Source of the DNA: Selaginella moellendorffii
Lineage: Eukaryota; Plantae; Lycopodiophyta
Length of the DNA: 64,000 nt
Reading direction: 5' to 3'
NCBI RefSeq assembly: GCF_000143415.4
Contig: NW_003314324.1
Location: 62,001 to 126,000, forward strand
The notes beneath the pieces were generated by a model that did no database searches, was not told the DNA's origin, and saw only the letters and a list, made by a program, of their open reading frames with translations. Position numbers and translations under genes: made by a program. Positions within the stretch are counted from its first letter, which is position 1; every line of letters begins with the position of its first letter. Shown here piece by piece: positions 49,903 to 62,847 of the stretch.

Positions 49903-52900
49903 CTAGCCAAAGGTGACGAGCAAGGTCCGGATTTCCATGGGAGCAATGTCAATGTGGCGATCGCTCGGCTTTAAAAGTGGACCGCGAACGTGAACAGCGG
50001 CAGCATCCTCTACGTTCGGATCAAGTTGCCATTGTAGAGGTTTCATGGAAGCTCTCTCTTGGTTAGCTGAAAGATTGAGCTCCACAACACTTGCAACCTG
50101 TGCAAATCCAGTGTTTTCACTATGCAAAGTAAATGAAAACACAAAACCTGTCTCAGGCCAAAAATCTTCTGCAAATCGACGCGCACAACCGTGGACAGTT
50201 CGATATCCTCTCCAGCCTGCAAAACAGTTAGAAGGGAGAACTATAAAAACTTCAAACTAATGTTCTACCTCGTACAAATGAGCCAGTCTCAGCAGGACAT
50301 CCCCGTTTTCCAGTTCCTGGATGTATAGAAACGCGATAAAGTATAGAAGCGCGTTAGCTTTGAGCGAAATTACCTGCAGCGTGATGATAGCTATGTTCTG
50401 TGGTAGTTCGTAGCCAGACTCTGTTGCAGAGAATGTTGGATTTCCTATCTTGCCAGTGCTCGAAGACAGCTTCGAGAAAAACATTTCCAGAGGCGAATAA
50501 AGCCGCTGGCCTTGATTTCGTCGCCATCTCGCAGACTCCTGTGTTGAGTGTAAACCAAGAAGAAACTTGCCACGAACCTGAATGACAATGCAAAGATAAT
50601 AGTAATGACTACTAAAATTTGAGAAGATACAGTACCGTCAGGCCTTCACATTCGTTGCTGTCTATGCATATTGTTTCGTTTAAAGCCTCTTGAACACCTC
50701 TGTGGTCGTCGTGTAATAAGCGCCTGAAGAAAGCAAGAGGCTTCAAACTATATCGATCGACATCTATATGCATACCTTTGCACCATTAGCTCGATGTCAC
50801 CATCTTTTAGACTAGAGCCGCCAATTGCTCGGTCCACAAGCACGGAGAACTCCGTATTGTCTTGTTGCAAGTAAATGCCCAGGTTGATCTACATAAGAGG
50901 AAAGGTTTTTTACAAAGAGACCGCCACTGATCACCTCACCGGATAGTAGTTTCCCGATATTGGTTCAGTGACATTGAGCTCCCAGTCACTTCTAAAATCT
51001 CTTACCTACAGACCACGTTAAAGCCAGGACCTTCAACATGGGAATCCTTACCCGCTTAAGAAAGTCTCGACCGTTCGAATCCGTGTAAAAAATCTTTTCG
51101 CTTTCCAAGTCCGTGCTTATTCTGGTAACTATTTCTTTGCCAGCATCACTGGAGTTTACTGGAACTGGTCCGATCTGAAACACATCGAACACGTTAGAAA
51201 GCGTTATCAAAGCGAAGGCTCACTGTGTATTCAATTTCAGCATATTGCGCGTCTTTGTAAAGCCTCAGCACCTGAAAAACCAATTGATATATATCTCTTG
51301 TGACGAAGATAATCAAGTCCTTACCTGGAATACCCAGGAAGAGAACGTTTGATGTACTTCTTCAACCAAGGAACCTTTTATATAGCTCGAAACCTGTGGA
51401 TATTGTGTAAGCATACGGAAAATGTTTTCGCACATACCATCTCTTTGCTATCGACGGGGTAGCAGGACGAAGAGTTGGGACGAAACACGTAAGCTCCCGA
51501 AGACTACTATCAAGGAATTGATAACCTTTGTATGCAATTTTTAATTACCTGGCCTCGAGCTTCTTCTGTGACACCATCACTTGAATTATACCAGCAATAT
51601 GACAGCTTGACAGCAGATACAATCTGATATAAGAAATCCAAGAATGTAAATTTCTTCCAAGCTAGAATCTCACACTTACTCCAGATTTACGATCCGTAAA
51701 CTGTTGAAGCTGTCCACTGGACGAGAACTTAAGCTTGGTTTTAGATGAGGATACTTCCCTTGGGCTTTCATGATTTTTGAAAGAAGAGAGCGATGCACAA
51801 CCTACATAAACAGACTTGCAACGTGTTGTCCAACCAAAGGAAATAAGCTTACCATGTGTACCGTTTGACGCGCTGATGAAGTAGGAATTAAATCCTAATG
51901 GCGGAACAGAAGCTTTGAACACAAGAGTGTAAACGTCGTCATTGCTGGAAGAGTTGCCCGTATAGGCCTTCACATAAATCTCCTTCAGTTTTCTTGTCAC
52001 ACTGTCTAAAGGAATTAGCTGCGACGGAATTGCATTCCCAGTCGAATCTCTGACTTGCAAACGTGTACTTGAAACCTGTAAAGGAAAACGTTGGTTTTCA
52101 GAGCTGAAGCCAAAGCATGTCCTGCAACATACCGGAATTCGCACCATCTCTTTACGACTCCAGCCAAGCGTATTGTACAAAACTACTACCTGCGAGAAAT
52201 GCTAAGAATTCAGCCAACTGGCCAGGGTAACCACTTACCAGAGAAGTGCCATCCTCTAGTTTGGCTTCAGAAGGTGGGCAATAGCTAATATTCAAAAGCA
52301 GGCACTAGAGAGGTAGCGAAGACAATATCAGAAAGATACTAAAATCCTGTAAAGTGCATACCTGATCAAAGCTCAGAGCAGATCTGCCACTGATTCCTTT
52401 CGGTAAAACGGACAAGTATTTGGAGGACGTTAATCTTTCCCAGATTGGAACAAACCAATTGGTCGCAGTATTAAGCGCGGAGCTGGAGGCCGTTAGGACG
52501 GATATGGCTACCTCCATCACCTTCGCAGCCTATGAACATATTTTTCAGAGTCATTTCTTTGTAATATATGACAAGATCAAAACCTTGGAAGCCCCAGTAG
52601 CGAGTCTCTTCGCATAGTCATTTGCAACATGTTGTTGCTCGGTCCCAGTTACAGCATCGTGATGTTGGAGGATTGCGAGCGCATCCTCCAGAGAATCGGT
52701 GTTGTCTGCAGAAAAATTTCTTCCCACCACAAACTCTAGCTGACGTGCGGCCTAAAAGAAGAAAGAAACGATGAGATGATTATGGTGAATATGTTACCAT
52801 AAGGTACGCAGACAACCTCCTAACGTAGCCTTTCAGAGCGAGGCGGCTTGAGAAATAACCAGTCCAGTAGCAATGGGAGCAATTCGCGTAGCTTAAAAAA

Positions 52901-54530
52901 ATTCAACGTCGTCAACTAACGGATTCCAAGCATAGCAGACTTACGGGAAAAAGTCCTCGGTTTTCAAAGGCCAGGTGATGTTGGCAGCATTTTTCGAATC
53001 TACGTAGATAGATGGAGTAGAGTAAAACACATTAATTCTTCCATCCTGCAGCTATACTGTTAACAAAAAAAACAAAAAAAAGGCGAGAGTATACACACCT
53101 TGTTCATATAGTGCACTAGCTTGTCTAGCTGCTTGAACCAAGTATTTGCTTGCTCATAATTAAAGTCTTGACCCATAGTCCACATTATATGATTTGATCG
53201 GAACTGCTCACTCTGAAAGTATATACAAGTGTCCTTGATAAACGAAAAAAGAACTCAAATAATTGCCTGTTCTTGAGCACGCTTGACAAACAAGTCAATT
53301 CGCTCCTGAAGATTGTAGTCGTATAGAAGAGGATTGTCCTGCCAGCATACAGGTCATTCTCTGCCTTATAAACCAGCCAGCTGAACTTACTTGTATCAAA
53401 GGATCATTGGACTTAAAGTCAAAATTCATCCCCTCTGGAGGAGAGTAGTGATTTGCGAGGATACCTCCAAAGATCTGCAATTGAAACTTATAAAACACTG
53501 GATTTGGTGTAGGATTTTATACTTGTGAAGACGACGATAATGTTCTGGATCCCTGCCATACAAACTCCATGCCGCGCGTTGCTCGTCGTTTAGCAATGTC
53601 TTGGTAATCAGCCCGTGCAAAAAATAAACCATCAAAGCCGACCTGTCAGAAACAAACGGAGAGACGCTTATTTTTCTGCTAGAAGCCGACAGCTGCATCA
53701 CCTCTGCTCCGAGAAGATAAGCTTGCACAGCTGAATGGCCAAACGGGTCGATCTGCCATCCAATGCGAGGCATTTTGTTAAACTGGGATTTGATAAACCG
53801 ATGGCCAAGCGTAGTTTGATCGATCATGTCGATGTAGCTAGCACCAGCTTCGTCATGCATACACCACGCCCCGTTACTGTAGCAACAATTATAAGAAAGC
53901 TTCGAACTAAAAGAGAAGGAAAAAAAAAGGAGAGAAAAAAGGCTAGCTTACACGAACTCGAGTTGGCCGGACTCAACCATTCGATGCACGATTTTTTGCT
54001 TCGCAGGAGTTTGCTCCCTCCACCATCGCTGGAAAAAAGCCTGGGAAACGAAAGCGTTTCAATGAAAAAAAAAAATCAAACACAAAGAAAGAACTGTGCG
54101 TAGCTTCGTGAGTGACTTGCCTGTTCAACATAGATAAACTTGCGATCTGGATTGTCCTCCAGGGACTGGATGACAGAGTCGATAATATACTGGACAGCGG
54201 CAATCTACAGGAAAAAGGAACTTTACAAAGGAAAAATGCCAGAAATTTGGCCAGCTAGAGTACCTGGATGGAATTGTTGGAGCCAACATAGTACTGATCC
54301 ACAGTCTTGAGCCATCCCACATCATCGTGCGTGTGCGGCACAATGTGGACATTGATCTTGTGGGGAAGCGGCCCCCCGGAGGTGTTGTAGATCCCAGGCG
54401 CAAGGGGAAGAAGAGGCGGCGATCGCCCCAAGAATCGATCCAATCTAGCTGCATCGCGGAGCAAGGTGAGCACGAAGAGGAGGAGGAGCGCAGCGGCACA
54501 GCGCCTGGCTGCCCTAGCCCCAATCGCCAT
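49903..54530 (-). CDS. Class II alpha-mannosidase (GH38, vacuolar/lysosomal type), many exons
   Basis: Signal peptide, [68 protein letters not shown]. Confidence 0.93.
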
Positions 54531-54806
54531 CAAATATCACGCACACGCCAAGTCAGCTACATTAGAGTTTAGGGTTTAAGATAGTTTTAACGAAAGTTCC
54601 CATCTTTCTCCCCTTGTTTCAAAAGAACATCCGGAACACTATAGCCTCCAACTACAAAGCAGTCCCAAGTTCGGTTCCGCGCTCCAAATTGCCTTGGCGA
54701 TTAAAAGGAGTGAGGGTCCCTCTGGGTTCGAACCTGGGACCGACTCTACAAGAGTATCTGAACGCAATAATCTTAGTTTGGTTAAGCCTTAACCCCTGAA
54801 GAAGTA

Positions 54807-54879
54807 TGGAGATGCCGGGTATCGATCCCAGTGCCTCTCGCATGCTAAGCGAGCGCTCTACCATCTGATCTACATGCCC
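54807..54879 (-). tRNA. tRNA-Ala(AGC), with stem mismatches (possibly pseudo)
   Basis: GGGCATGTAGATCAGATGGTAGAGCGCTCGCTTAGCATGCGAGAGGCACTGGGATCGATACCCGGCATCTCCA. Retains G3:U70 and the AGC anticodon. Has C4:C69 and D-stem mismatches. Confidence 0.85.
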
Positions 54880-55012
54880 TTTTCCAAGGGTAAAAAAAGC
54901 AAGAAGCTCGTGACAATTCTTCTGACGAAGCATCCAATGAAATATAACTTCGATTGTAGTGTTCCATGGAATTTGATAGATGAAGCAAGCTACCAGGTAG
55001 AAACTTCACCCA

Positions 55013-56521
55013 ATGCCGAGAGTTTCAGAGGCGGCAACCATCGTCCTCTTCCTCTTTTTCCTGGCAGTAGTTTGGTTCCAGCACGAGAAGATTAAGTTTT
55101 TCATCTCCAGGAACGAAAGAAGCAACCACAGTGCCGCGAGCGACGCAAGTTGTTCTCGAGCAAACTTCTATAATCTGCTGCCTGCACGAGAAGACCATGG
55201 TAAGTGCAAGAGCCGGTTTGAGCAGCATCGCTACGGTAAGAGAGACTGGGAATACGTACCATCGGAGTATCTCATTGACAGGCTTCGTACTTACGAGGAG
55301 TTCCATGCTCGCTGCACGAGAGGTAATCGCCAGACCTGGTTTAACTCGAGCACGGCCACGGAGAACAGTGATTGCAAGTTCATCCTCTGGCTGGGTAACA
55401 GCGGCCTCGGGAACAAGATGGTGTCGATCGCTGCGACTTTTCTCTACGCCTTGCTTTCCCGTCGAGTTTTGTTGATCGATCCGGCCGAAGACATGGAGGC
55501 GCTCTTCTGCGAGCCGTTTCCTCGGAGTTCCTGGTTTGCTCCCCGGGACGTTCCACTCGAGTTCCTCAGGAGTGACGAGTTTAGGATCAGCTTTGATAAG
55601 TGTCACCCTGGTACTGCGAAGTTTTCGCGGCACGCATACATCGAGATTATGAACGGTTACGACAGTATCGGTGACAAGTTCTTCTGTGAGAAACAACAGC
55701 AAAACATCAGTGATCAGTTTCCATGGTTGACGATCACCACAAACCTCTACTTCGTCCCAAGCTTATACTATGTTCCAAGTTTTAGAACCGAGCTAGACAA
55801 GCTCTTTCCAAGGCAAGAGGCGGCAGTGTTCCAACACTTGGTGAAGTATCTCTTCCATCCCTCAAACGCTGCCTGGGATAGAGCGACGAGATTTTACGAT
55901 ACTTACATGGCTGGCTCGAGCAAGCTTGTCGGTGTCCAAATGAGAGTGTTGCCCAATTTCCAGGATCTATCTCGTAGAGCGCAAAATTTCTCGGATGCAA
56001 TGGTCCAGTGTCTCCTCCAGAGCAAGCTGCTCCCTGATGTTTCAGTGGCATCGAACTTAAGCGCTTCTGGCAAGATCATAGGTGTTGTTGTGGCATCACT
56101 CGACGAGCAGTACTTCGATGGTCTTCGAGAAATTTACGTCAGCTCTCCCACCGTAGATGGTTCCTTGGTCCGAGTTTTCGCTCCAAGTAAGGAGCGATGG
56201 CAGCAGACTAATGACCGTAACCACGACGAGAAGGCCCTTGCTGATATGCTTCTTCTCTCATTCTGTGCCGAGCTGGTCACGAGCCCCGGCTCCACGTTTG
56301 GATACGCCGCTCAAGGCCTGGGTGGAGTCAAGCCGTGGCTCTTGAATGAGAAAACCTGCTCCAAGTTGGACTCCACAGAGCCTTGCTTCCACGCGAAAGT
56401 GTTCTACGGCTGCAATTGTCATTCTTCAAGCGAGGCAAAGTCCGTCCAGAACAATGCCCGGAGTTGTCCAGACGTGCCATGGGGACTTCAGACCTCGCCA
56501 TCCCAGAAAACTGGTTCATAG
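55013..56521 (+). CDS. GT37 xyloglucan galactoside 2-alpha-fucosyltransferase-like
   Basis: Type II membrane anchor, SGLGNKMVSIAATFLYALLSRRVLLID, YLFHPSN, GVQMR, STFGYAAQGLGG, STEPCFH. Confidence 0.92.
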   Translation: MPRVSEAATIVLFLFFLAVVWFQHEKIKFFISRNERSNHSAASDASCSRANFYNLLPAREDHGKCKSRFEQHRYGKRDWEYVPSEYLIDRLRTYEEFHARCTRGNRQTWFNSSTATENSDCKFILWLGNSGLGNKMVSIAATFLYALLSRRVLLIDPAEDMEALFCEPFPRSSWFAPRDVPLEFLRSDEFRISFDKCHPGTAKFSRHAYIEIMNGYDSIGDKFFCEKQQQNISDQFPWLTITTNLYFVPSLYYVPSFRTELDKLFPRQEAAVFQHLVKYLFHPSNAAWDRATRFYDTYMAGSSKLVGVQMRVLPNFQDLSRRAQNFSDAMVQCLLQSKLLPDVSVASNLSASGKIIGVVVASLDEQYFDGLREIYVSSPTVDGSLVRVFAPSKERWQQTNDRNHDEKALADMLLLSFCAELVTSPGSTFGYAAQGLGGVKPWLLNEKTCSKLDSTEPCFHAKVFYGCNCHSSSEAKSVQNNARSCPDVPWGLQTSPSQKTGS

Positions 56522-58199
56522 GACCTGTGATGTTGCACAAAAATCAGGCAAGAAGGAATAATTTTGGAAGATGAGCTCACCATTTTGCTCGAGATTATCC
56601 ACCGCAGAGAAGTAAAGAACTTGAAGTGAATAACGTACCATTTCAAATAACCTTAGGTCGGGTTATTCATGATATCTCTTTGGTGTGGCTGGTTTCTTCT
56701 CGGAGAGGTTCCACTTTTCGCTGAAATCCTAGATATTTACAGTGAAGGGAAACAGGACAGTGAAATTTGGCAGCGCTCCCTGAAATGTGTTTATCGATAA
56801 AAGGGACAATTAATTCATAAAATTTGTTATATATATAGATATATATTCCGCACATCATACTCCTCTTGCACATTGACCATATACCCGCCTGCGATTGGAT
56901 GGCTATAAGCCTCCACTTCTTCTATCAAAGTAATTGAAGGAAGCATCAAATAACGTGGAAATTGACTACGAGCACTATTCATCACCACTGCTGCTCATGG
57001 ACGACGAGCTCCACCTCAATCACGGCAATAAGTTTGATAGGATTTTCGGGTCTGCACAAGTGGCTTTCGCTCACAAAGAGATCCTGCCAGCATTGCTCCA
57101 TAAGGAAGCTATGAAGGTCAAACACGTATGCATCCATGACTGGAAATTTGCAGGTCAAGCATCATGACAATCAGTATCCAAAACTGTTCAGCATTTTGGA
57201 TTGCATCTCCAATTACCAAATGGCAAAACTAGAGGTGGTAGACAAATGGCATGGTCGGGGCTGGGACACAGGTTGTAGAGCTTACTGAGCTCGGAGGCAT
57301 TGAATATCCCAGGTGTAAGATAGAAGACCTCAAGTTTCTAGGGTGCTTCAAAGGAAACTCGGGAAATAGTGCTCATAGTGATTATATATAGCGTTTCTTT
57401 AACCCTTTTAAGGGTTTTTTCTTGGGAAAATATTCCTTGTATATTCTAAAAAAGAGAATATACTTGTATATACCTTATAAAATATATAATATTTTTAAAT
57501 AAATTTTAAATTAATAATAATAATAATAATATTTAAAATATTTATAACAAAGTTACTTTTTGCCTTACACATGATAATAGAAGTATGATTTGATCAATTT
57601 GAATTTCTCACTTATCTAGCTATATGAAAGGCATGTTATAGATCAAGAGCAATATAACTGCCCTTTTACCTGGCTATAAATATCAATAGCTAATGTGTTG
57701 AGACTTTCACCCCTTTGAAAGATCTTGAACTTCTGGCCATCTCTTGGAACAGTTAGATAGCCAAGCTTTTGCCTCTCTAGCAATTCCACTCCCACTACCT
57801 AAATTGGTAATCTATTGTTATGCACCAAGTAGAAATGCTCACCCTTAGCTCAATCACAATGTCATGGATTGTGAAGGAGAAAGAATTTACAACCTCTTGC
57901 TCATCAATTTATGAGACCATTTTGGTTTAAATCTTAGTCCCTCAAATTATTCAATCTCAATTTTCTAGTTTGAAAAGTGCTAATTTAGTCCTAAATGCAA
58001 AAAACAAATGACATGGGGTAGTTGTTTTTAGCTAAAAACTGAAAAGGCAACATTTAAGACTGAATAGTCTTGTCTTATGGTAGTTGTTTTTTAATAAACA
58101 CCTTCTAAAAAGCATTTTCTGGCTGAATATGTGACATTGCCCACTTTATTATTGAGGCCTTTTGACAAAAAATGGATAATAACTTAATCCATTAGTTAA

Positions 58200-58610
58200 T
58201 GTAAGTTTTTTTTAGCAATTCAATCAAGAACTAGTATAAAAAACAATCCATAAGGGTAGGGAAAAAACCCATGAATATGATTGCACCCCGTTTTTCAATT
58301 AATTAAAAGTTGTATTCTTGGGTTCAAATAGTATTGGGTAAGATGTGGGAAATCTAAATTCAAGGATTTATATTTGGTATAAGAGGGGTTTTAAGTTTGA
58401 CTCTATTTGTCATATTAAAATTACATATAGTAGATCCAATTTACTTTTGATTGAGCTCGATCCGAGTGATAGGGTGTCAAAAGAGTGGGGCTCTCAAGAG
58501 AGTTGTAGCTTTTAACTTCCATTCACAAGGGCGTAAACTTGCATGATAAATTGTAAGTAACCAAAGAGAATGAGTCGAGAGACAATCTATAAGGGTTTAA
58601 ATATATAAAG
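58200..58610 (+). mobile_element. Degenerate Cassandra-like TRIM (LTR - PBS - short interior - partial LTR)
   Basis: The sequence up to 58372 resembles the 19263 LTR. It is followed by tggtataagag (PBS-like, 58375). At 58552 tgtaagtaaccaaagagaatgagtcgagagacaatctataaggg restarts the LTR. The left boundary is approximate. Confidence 0.6.
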
Positions 58611-59279
58611 TTTTTCATACATATCACTAATAATAGGGGGATTCAACTCTAGCCCAACTAAAAATCACTTAACTTTTGCTAAGGGATTTATGATTAGCTA
58701 GGAATTAGGTAAACTCTTTTAGTTATATCTCAATAAGTGTAATGTGTGTTACATTCCAAGGGTGAGTATTGTTGTATAAAGATTATATAGCTCTTGTATA
58801 TAGCAGCTACATTCTCATGTGAAGATGAAGAAACCCATAGAAGATGGTTCTCCTAACTATATTAACTGATCCAATTAAAGAAAAAGAGAGAAGTTTTCTG
58901 ATTTGTATAATTATAAAGATTTTAAATAATATTTATAGAATTAAATTTTCAAATATTTTTAAAATAAAATTTATATTTTCCAATTTATTATTTAGAATAA
59001 ACTGAATTATTCATTGATGTGGCTACTTGACTGAAAACCCTTAAAGTGGACAGACTCCCTTAAAATCATTACTTCTCTAGCATGTAATATTATGGACTTT
59101 GGGATTGTGAAATGCAATTGGAAAATCCTAAGTTCATTAGCTAATGCTCTTTAGAACTTGGTATGTGGCCTTTTTAGCTTGAGACTTAAGCTCTAATATA
59201 GTGTTGTGGTGGACAAATACTTCTTTGACTCCTTACTCAACTCCATATTGCAACACTTAACACTAGCCAATGTAGTAGT

Positions 59280-62200
59280 TATTTAGATAAAGAATAGAGC
59301 ACACTAAAAGCATCTCTAAGTACACTCTTTATATACTCTATAGTGTCTCATGATATTCTAGTGTCCTGTCCTTTAATGTTCTCTTGGCTGTACCCAACAC
59401 TCCCCCTCAGCCAAGAAAGCCAAAGCATAAGACACTCCTAGTCAGCCAAGATAGCTATAGTGCAAAACAAAGAATTGTAAAAATATGCTTGGCTACCCAC
59501 TTCTCCCCCTTAACCAAGTGTTTTCCTCATTCCAAGCATGTTTTTGAGTTTGTGTATGTGCACTTGTCTAGGACCTTAGTGAAAATGTCTACTAGCGGGA
59601 TGTGGTTGAGAGATATTTGTTGGCAGGTGATGTGATCTCTAATTATATGAAATCTAGCCTCAATGTGTTTTGTGTTGCTGTGAAATATAGGATTGTGAGC
59701 AAGTTGCACAGCTGAGGAATTGTCATTGTAGAGTTGAGTTGGTGTAGACTTTTCTACAATTCCTAAGCCTAAAATAATTTCCTGAGCTAGATAGCTTCCT
59801 TGGTGGCTGATGCAAGAGCCATGTACTTTGCTTCACACATTGAGGTTGCCACCATTGACTATTTCTTACTTGTCCAACTAATTGCTCCCCCAAGCATTTT
59901 AAAACACCAACTAATCAACTCCTTGAGTTTGTTTGAAACCTTTAAGTTTAGTTTAAGGTTTAAACCCTAAACCTAAACCCTAAACCCTAAAGAGTTTCGA
60001 CTTAAAAACCCATTTGTTAGCCAAAACATTCATACCTTCTTGTTGTGGAACTAGTGTGAATGTGTTGTGTTCCAAGAAAGAGCAAAACTCATAAGTCATG
60101 CTTGTTAACCATTATTCAATATTTGAGAGCTTTTTTGTAGGATGCTAGTTCTGCAACAAGCCTGGTTAAATTAGCTTGATAACACTCCAAATAACATTGT
60201 GTTAGTTGTCATGGTTAGTTTGATCGATAAGGTAAAATTGGCTCTATCTACTATTGGCAAGGCTCTACTATAACTTTTGGTGCTTCTTGAGGCATTTGTT
60301 TAAGAACAGTTTGTTAATTTAGAGGGAATTCATGATGATTATCCTCATATTTTGAATCATTCTCACTATCTGATCTGGCATCTACTCCAAACCTTAGGTC
60401 ATTGGGAGTCAGCTCCTTATATCCATCTGTGTCAATTGAGATCGCTCCCTTGTTAACTTTATAACCATTCTTTGTATCCTCTTCATATCCCATGAAGATG
60501 CAAGAGTAGGCTCAATCATCCATCTTTATTAGTCATTCATCACAAGGATATGTAGCAAAAACTTAGACTTCCAAACACTCAAAGGTGAGAAACATCAAGT
60601 TTCTTACCTGTCCATGCCTCAAAAGGAGTCCGATTATACAAGGCTTTTGTTGGTAAGTAGTAGATAAACATGTGAAGTGCTTCTCCTAAAAAATATAAGT
60701 AATATTTTTGGCTTTCATCATGGAATAAATTACATCTTTTATTGTCCTTATTTTTCTCTCAACTACTCCATTCTAGCCACATTTATATGCCATTGACTTT
60801 TGTTGAGAAATTCCCCTCTTAGCATCAAAATCCCTATTTAGGAACTCTAACCTTCCATCAGTGTGAATAGTTTTGAGCTATTTTCTAATCTTGTGCTCAA
60901 CTCTAGCCATCCAGGCTTGGAACTTTGACCAAACTTCAGCTTTATTCTTAAGTAGAATCACAAAGACATATCATCATTTGCAATAAGCAAGAAACAACTT
61001 GCTCCTCTAATGGTGTTTTTTTGAGCCATCTGTGCAACTTTAAGGTGAACAAGTTCTAAATTTCTATACTTCATTCAGCTCTTATCCTTTTTAAAAATTT
61101 CTTTATCATTTTCCTATGGGCACATCCACTACAAAATCCATACACCCATTGGGATTGAAAGCTACTCCATGAACAAGGTTGACAACCTCTTTTAGCCTTT
61201 TAGAATTTGGGTGTCCAAATCTTTGATACCATAGCTCCATTATTGAGATGTTCCTAACATGAGCCACCATGCTAGAGACACTTCTATGAAGTAAGACATA
61301 AAGACTACCATCTTGTTAGGCAAAAGTCACCAAGTTGGCCATAAAAATGAAGTCAACTATATCTTTACCAAAATTGATAAAGAAGCCCAAATCAGCTAGT
61401 TTGCTAATAAAGAGTAAACTCTTTGATAACTTTAGGACCAATAGAACACTATCAATGTTTGTGCCAAGTTAGTGAAAGCTGAGAGATCCCACACCAAAAA
61501 TCTCAAATGAAATTTCATCAGCTGTTCCCACTTGATTTTTGATGTTATAATTTCTCAGCTTATGAAACTAGGTTGCATTTGGTGACATATGATGAGATGC
61601 TCCTAAGTCAGGCCACTAGAAATTGTTCTACACATTCTCCATAGCTTACTAAGTTTACTGAGACTCACATATACCACAATTCAAATTCAGATTCTATTGG
61701 CACATCAATAGAGGTACAACTCACCTCAAGCTAAAAGCCCCATATCATTCTCAATCGTATGGCTGCCTCTCTTGCATGATGGATCTTTCCCTACCATGAT
61801 CAGGGGAATAAAAGTCTCATGGACCATGATAGTGCCTATTTTCAGGAGATCGCTCACGTTCATGGTGCTCCTTTCTCCTTCACTGGGCAGCATCTATTTC
61901 TAGACTAGACTTTTAATATGACCATATCCTCCACAATTATAGCACTTCTTGTACCAAACGTTCATGCCTGCACGGGGCCTTTTGAAGTTGGACTTCACCA
62001 AATGAGCAACTACTTGATCTCCTCTTGTCTATTGTGGAAGTTAATCCATCAATCTCTTTCTGAGCTTTTAAGATTCCCTTACGATCCCTGATGGCTTTCT
62101 CCAACTCCTTAAGCTTTGGATTGTCCTTGAATGCATTACAAATTCCATCATATGCATCTATCAGACCAATAACAATTGTTTCCATAATGTCCTCCTCACT

Positions 62201-62842
62201 TTGTGGATAGTCGATTGCAGCAAGCTTGTTCACCACGTTTTTCACTCTTGTAAGGAATTGAGAGCCTGTCTCAGATTCAAGCAATCTCATCCTATGAACC
62301 TCAGAGAAACTTTTAAGGCAAAAGTCTTCTCAAGAAAAGTATTCTTTAGCTCCTTCCAAGCATGATAAGCTGATGGTGTAGAAGTCACAAATGATTTGTC
62401 ACCATTGTCCATTCTTTTCAGCATCATGATCTTGGCTTTGGACTCACGCTGCCTGAATTTTTAAAATCTCACTCATACTAATCCAGATCCTCGTCAAAAG
62501 CCACTTCATCTAGCCATTGTGGTGTTATAATCTCCCCAAACACAACGTCCTAAACTCCACTACACCCTTGAAAACAAAGCTCCATTTCTGCAAACCAAAT
62601 GTGTGCATTTTCAACAGAAAGCTTAGCAATCCTCTCATCACTAGTGTTTCCCATTGTTGAAGAAAGCTAAGCACAAGAAACTACACAAAAATAAAGTAAG
62701 GACCCACTCCAATACCATATTGAGACAAGAAAAAGAGCACACTAAAAGTATCTCCTCTCCAACTACACTCTTTATATACTCCATGGTGTTTCATGATGTT
62801 CCAGTGTCTTGTCCTTTGACGTTCTCTTGGCTATACCCAACA
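59280..62842 (-). mobile_element. Ty1/Copia retrotransposon, decayed and internally deleted; ~120-bp LTRs 62718-62842 and 59280-59399
   Basis: TSD GTAGT on both sides, PBS tggtattggagtggg, PPT gctgagggggag. Remnants of gag, protease (GASHHM), GAG-pre-integrase, integrase (IHTDG) and RNase H (HNPIFHSNTKHIEARFH). Confidence 0.88.
59961..59991 (+). repeat. Interstitial plant telomere-type repeats (CCCTAAA)n
   Basis: taaaccctaaacctaaaccctaaaccctaaa read directly. Confidence 0.8.
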
Positions 62843-62847
62843 GTAGT

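Noticed and set aside
49903-56521. Alpha-mannosidase and GT37 fucosyltransferase as members of the diterpenoid cluster
   Set aside because: Separated from it by CURT1-like and PPR genes. These families act on N-glycans and cell-wall polymers in the secretory pathway.
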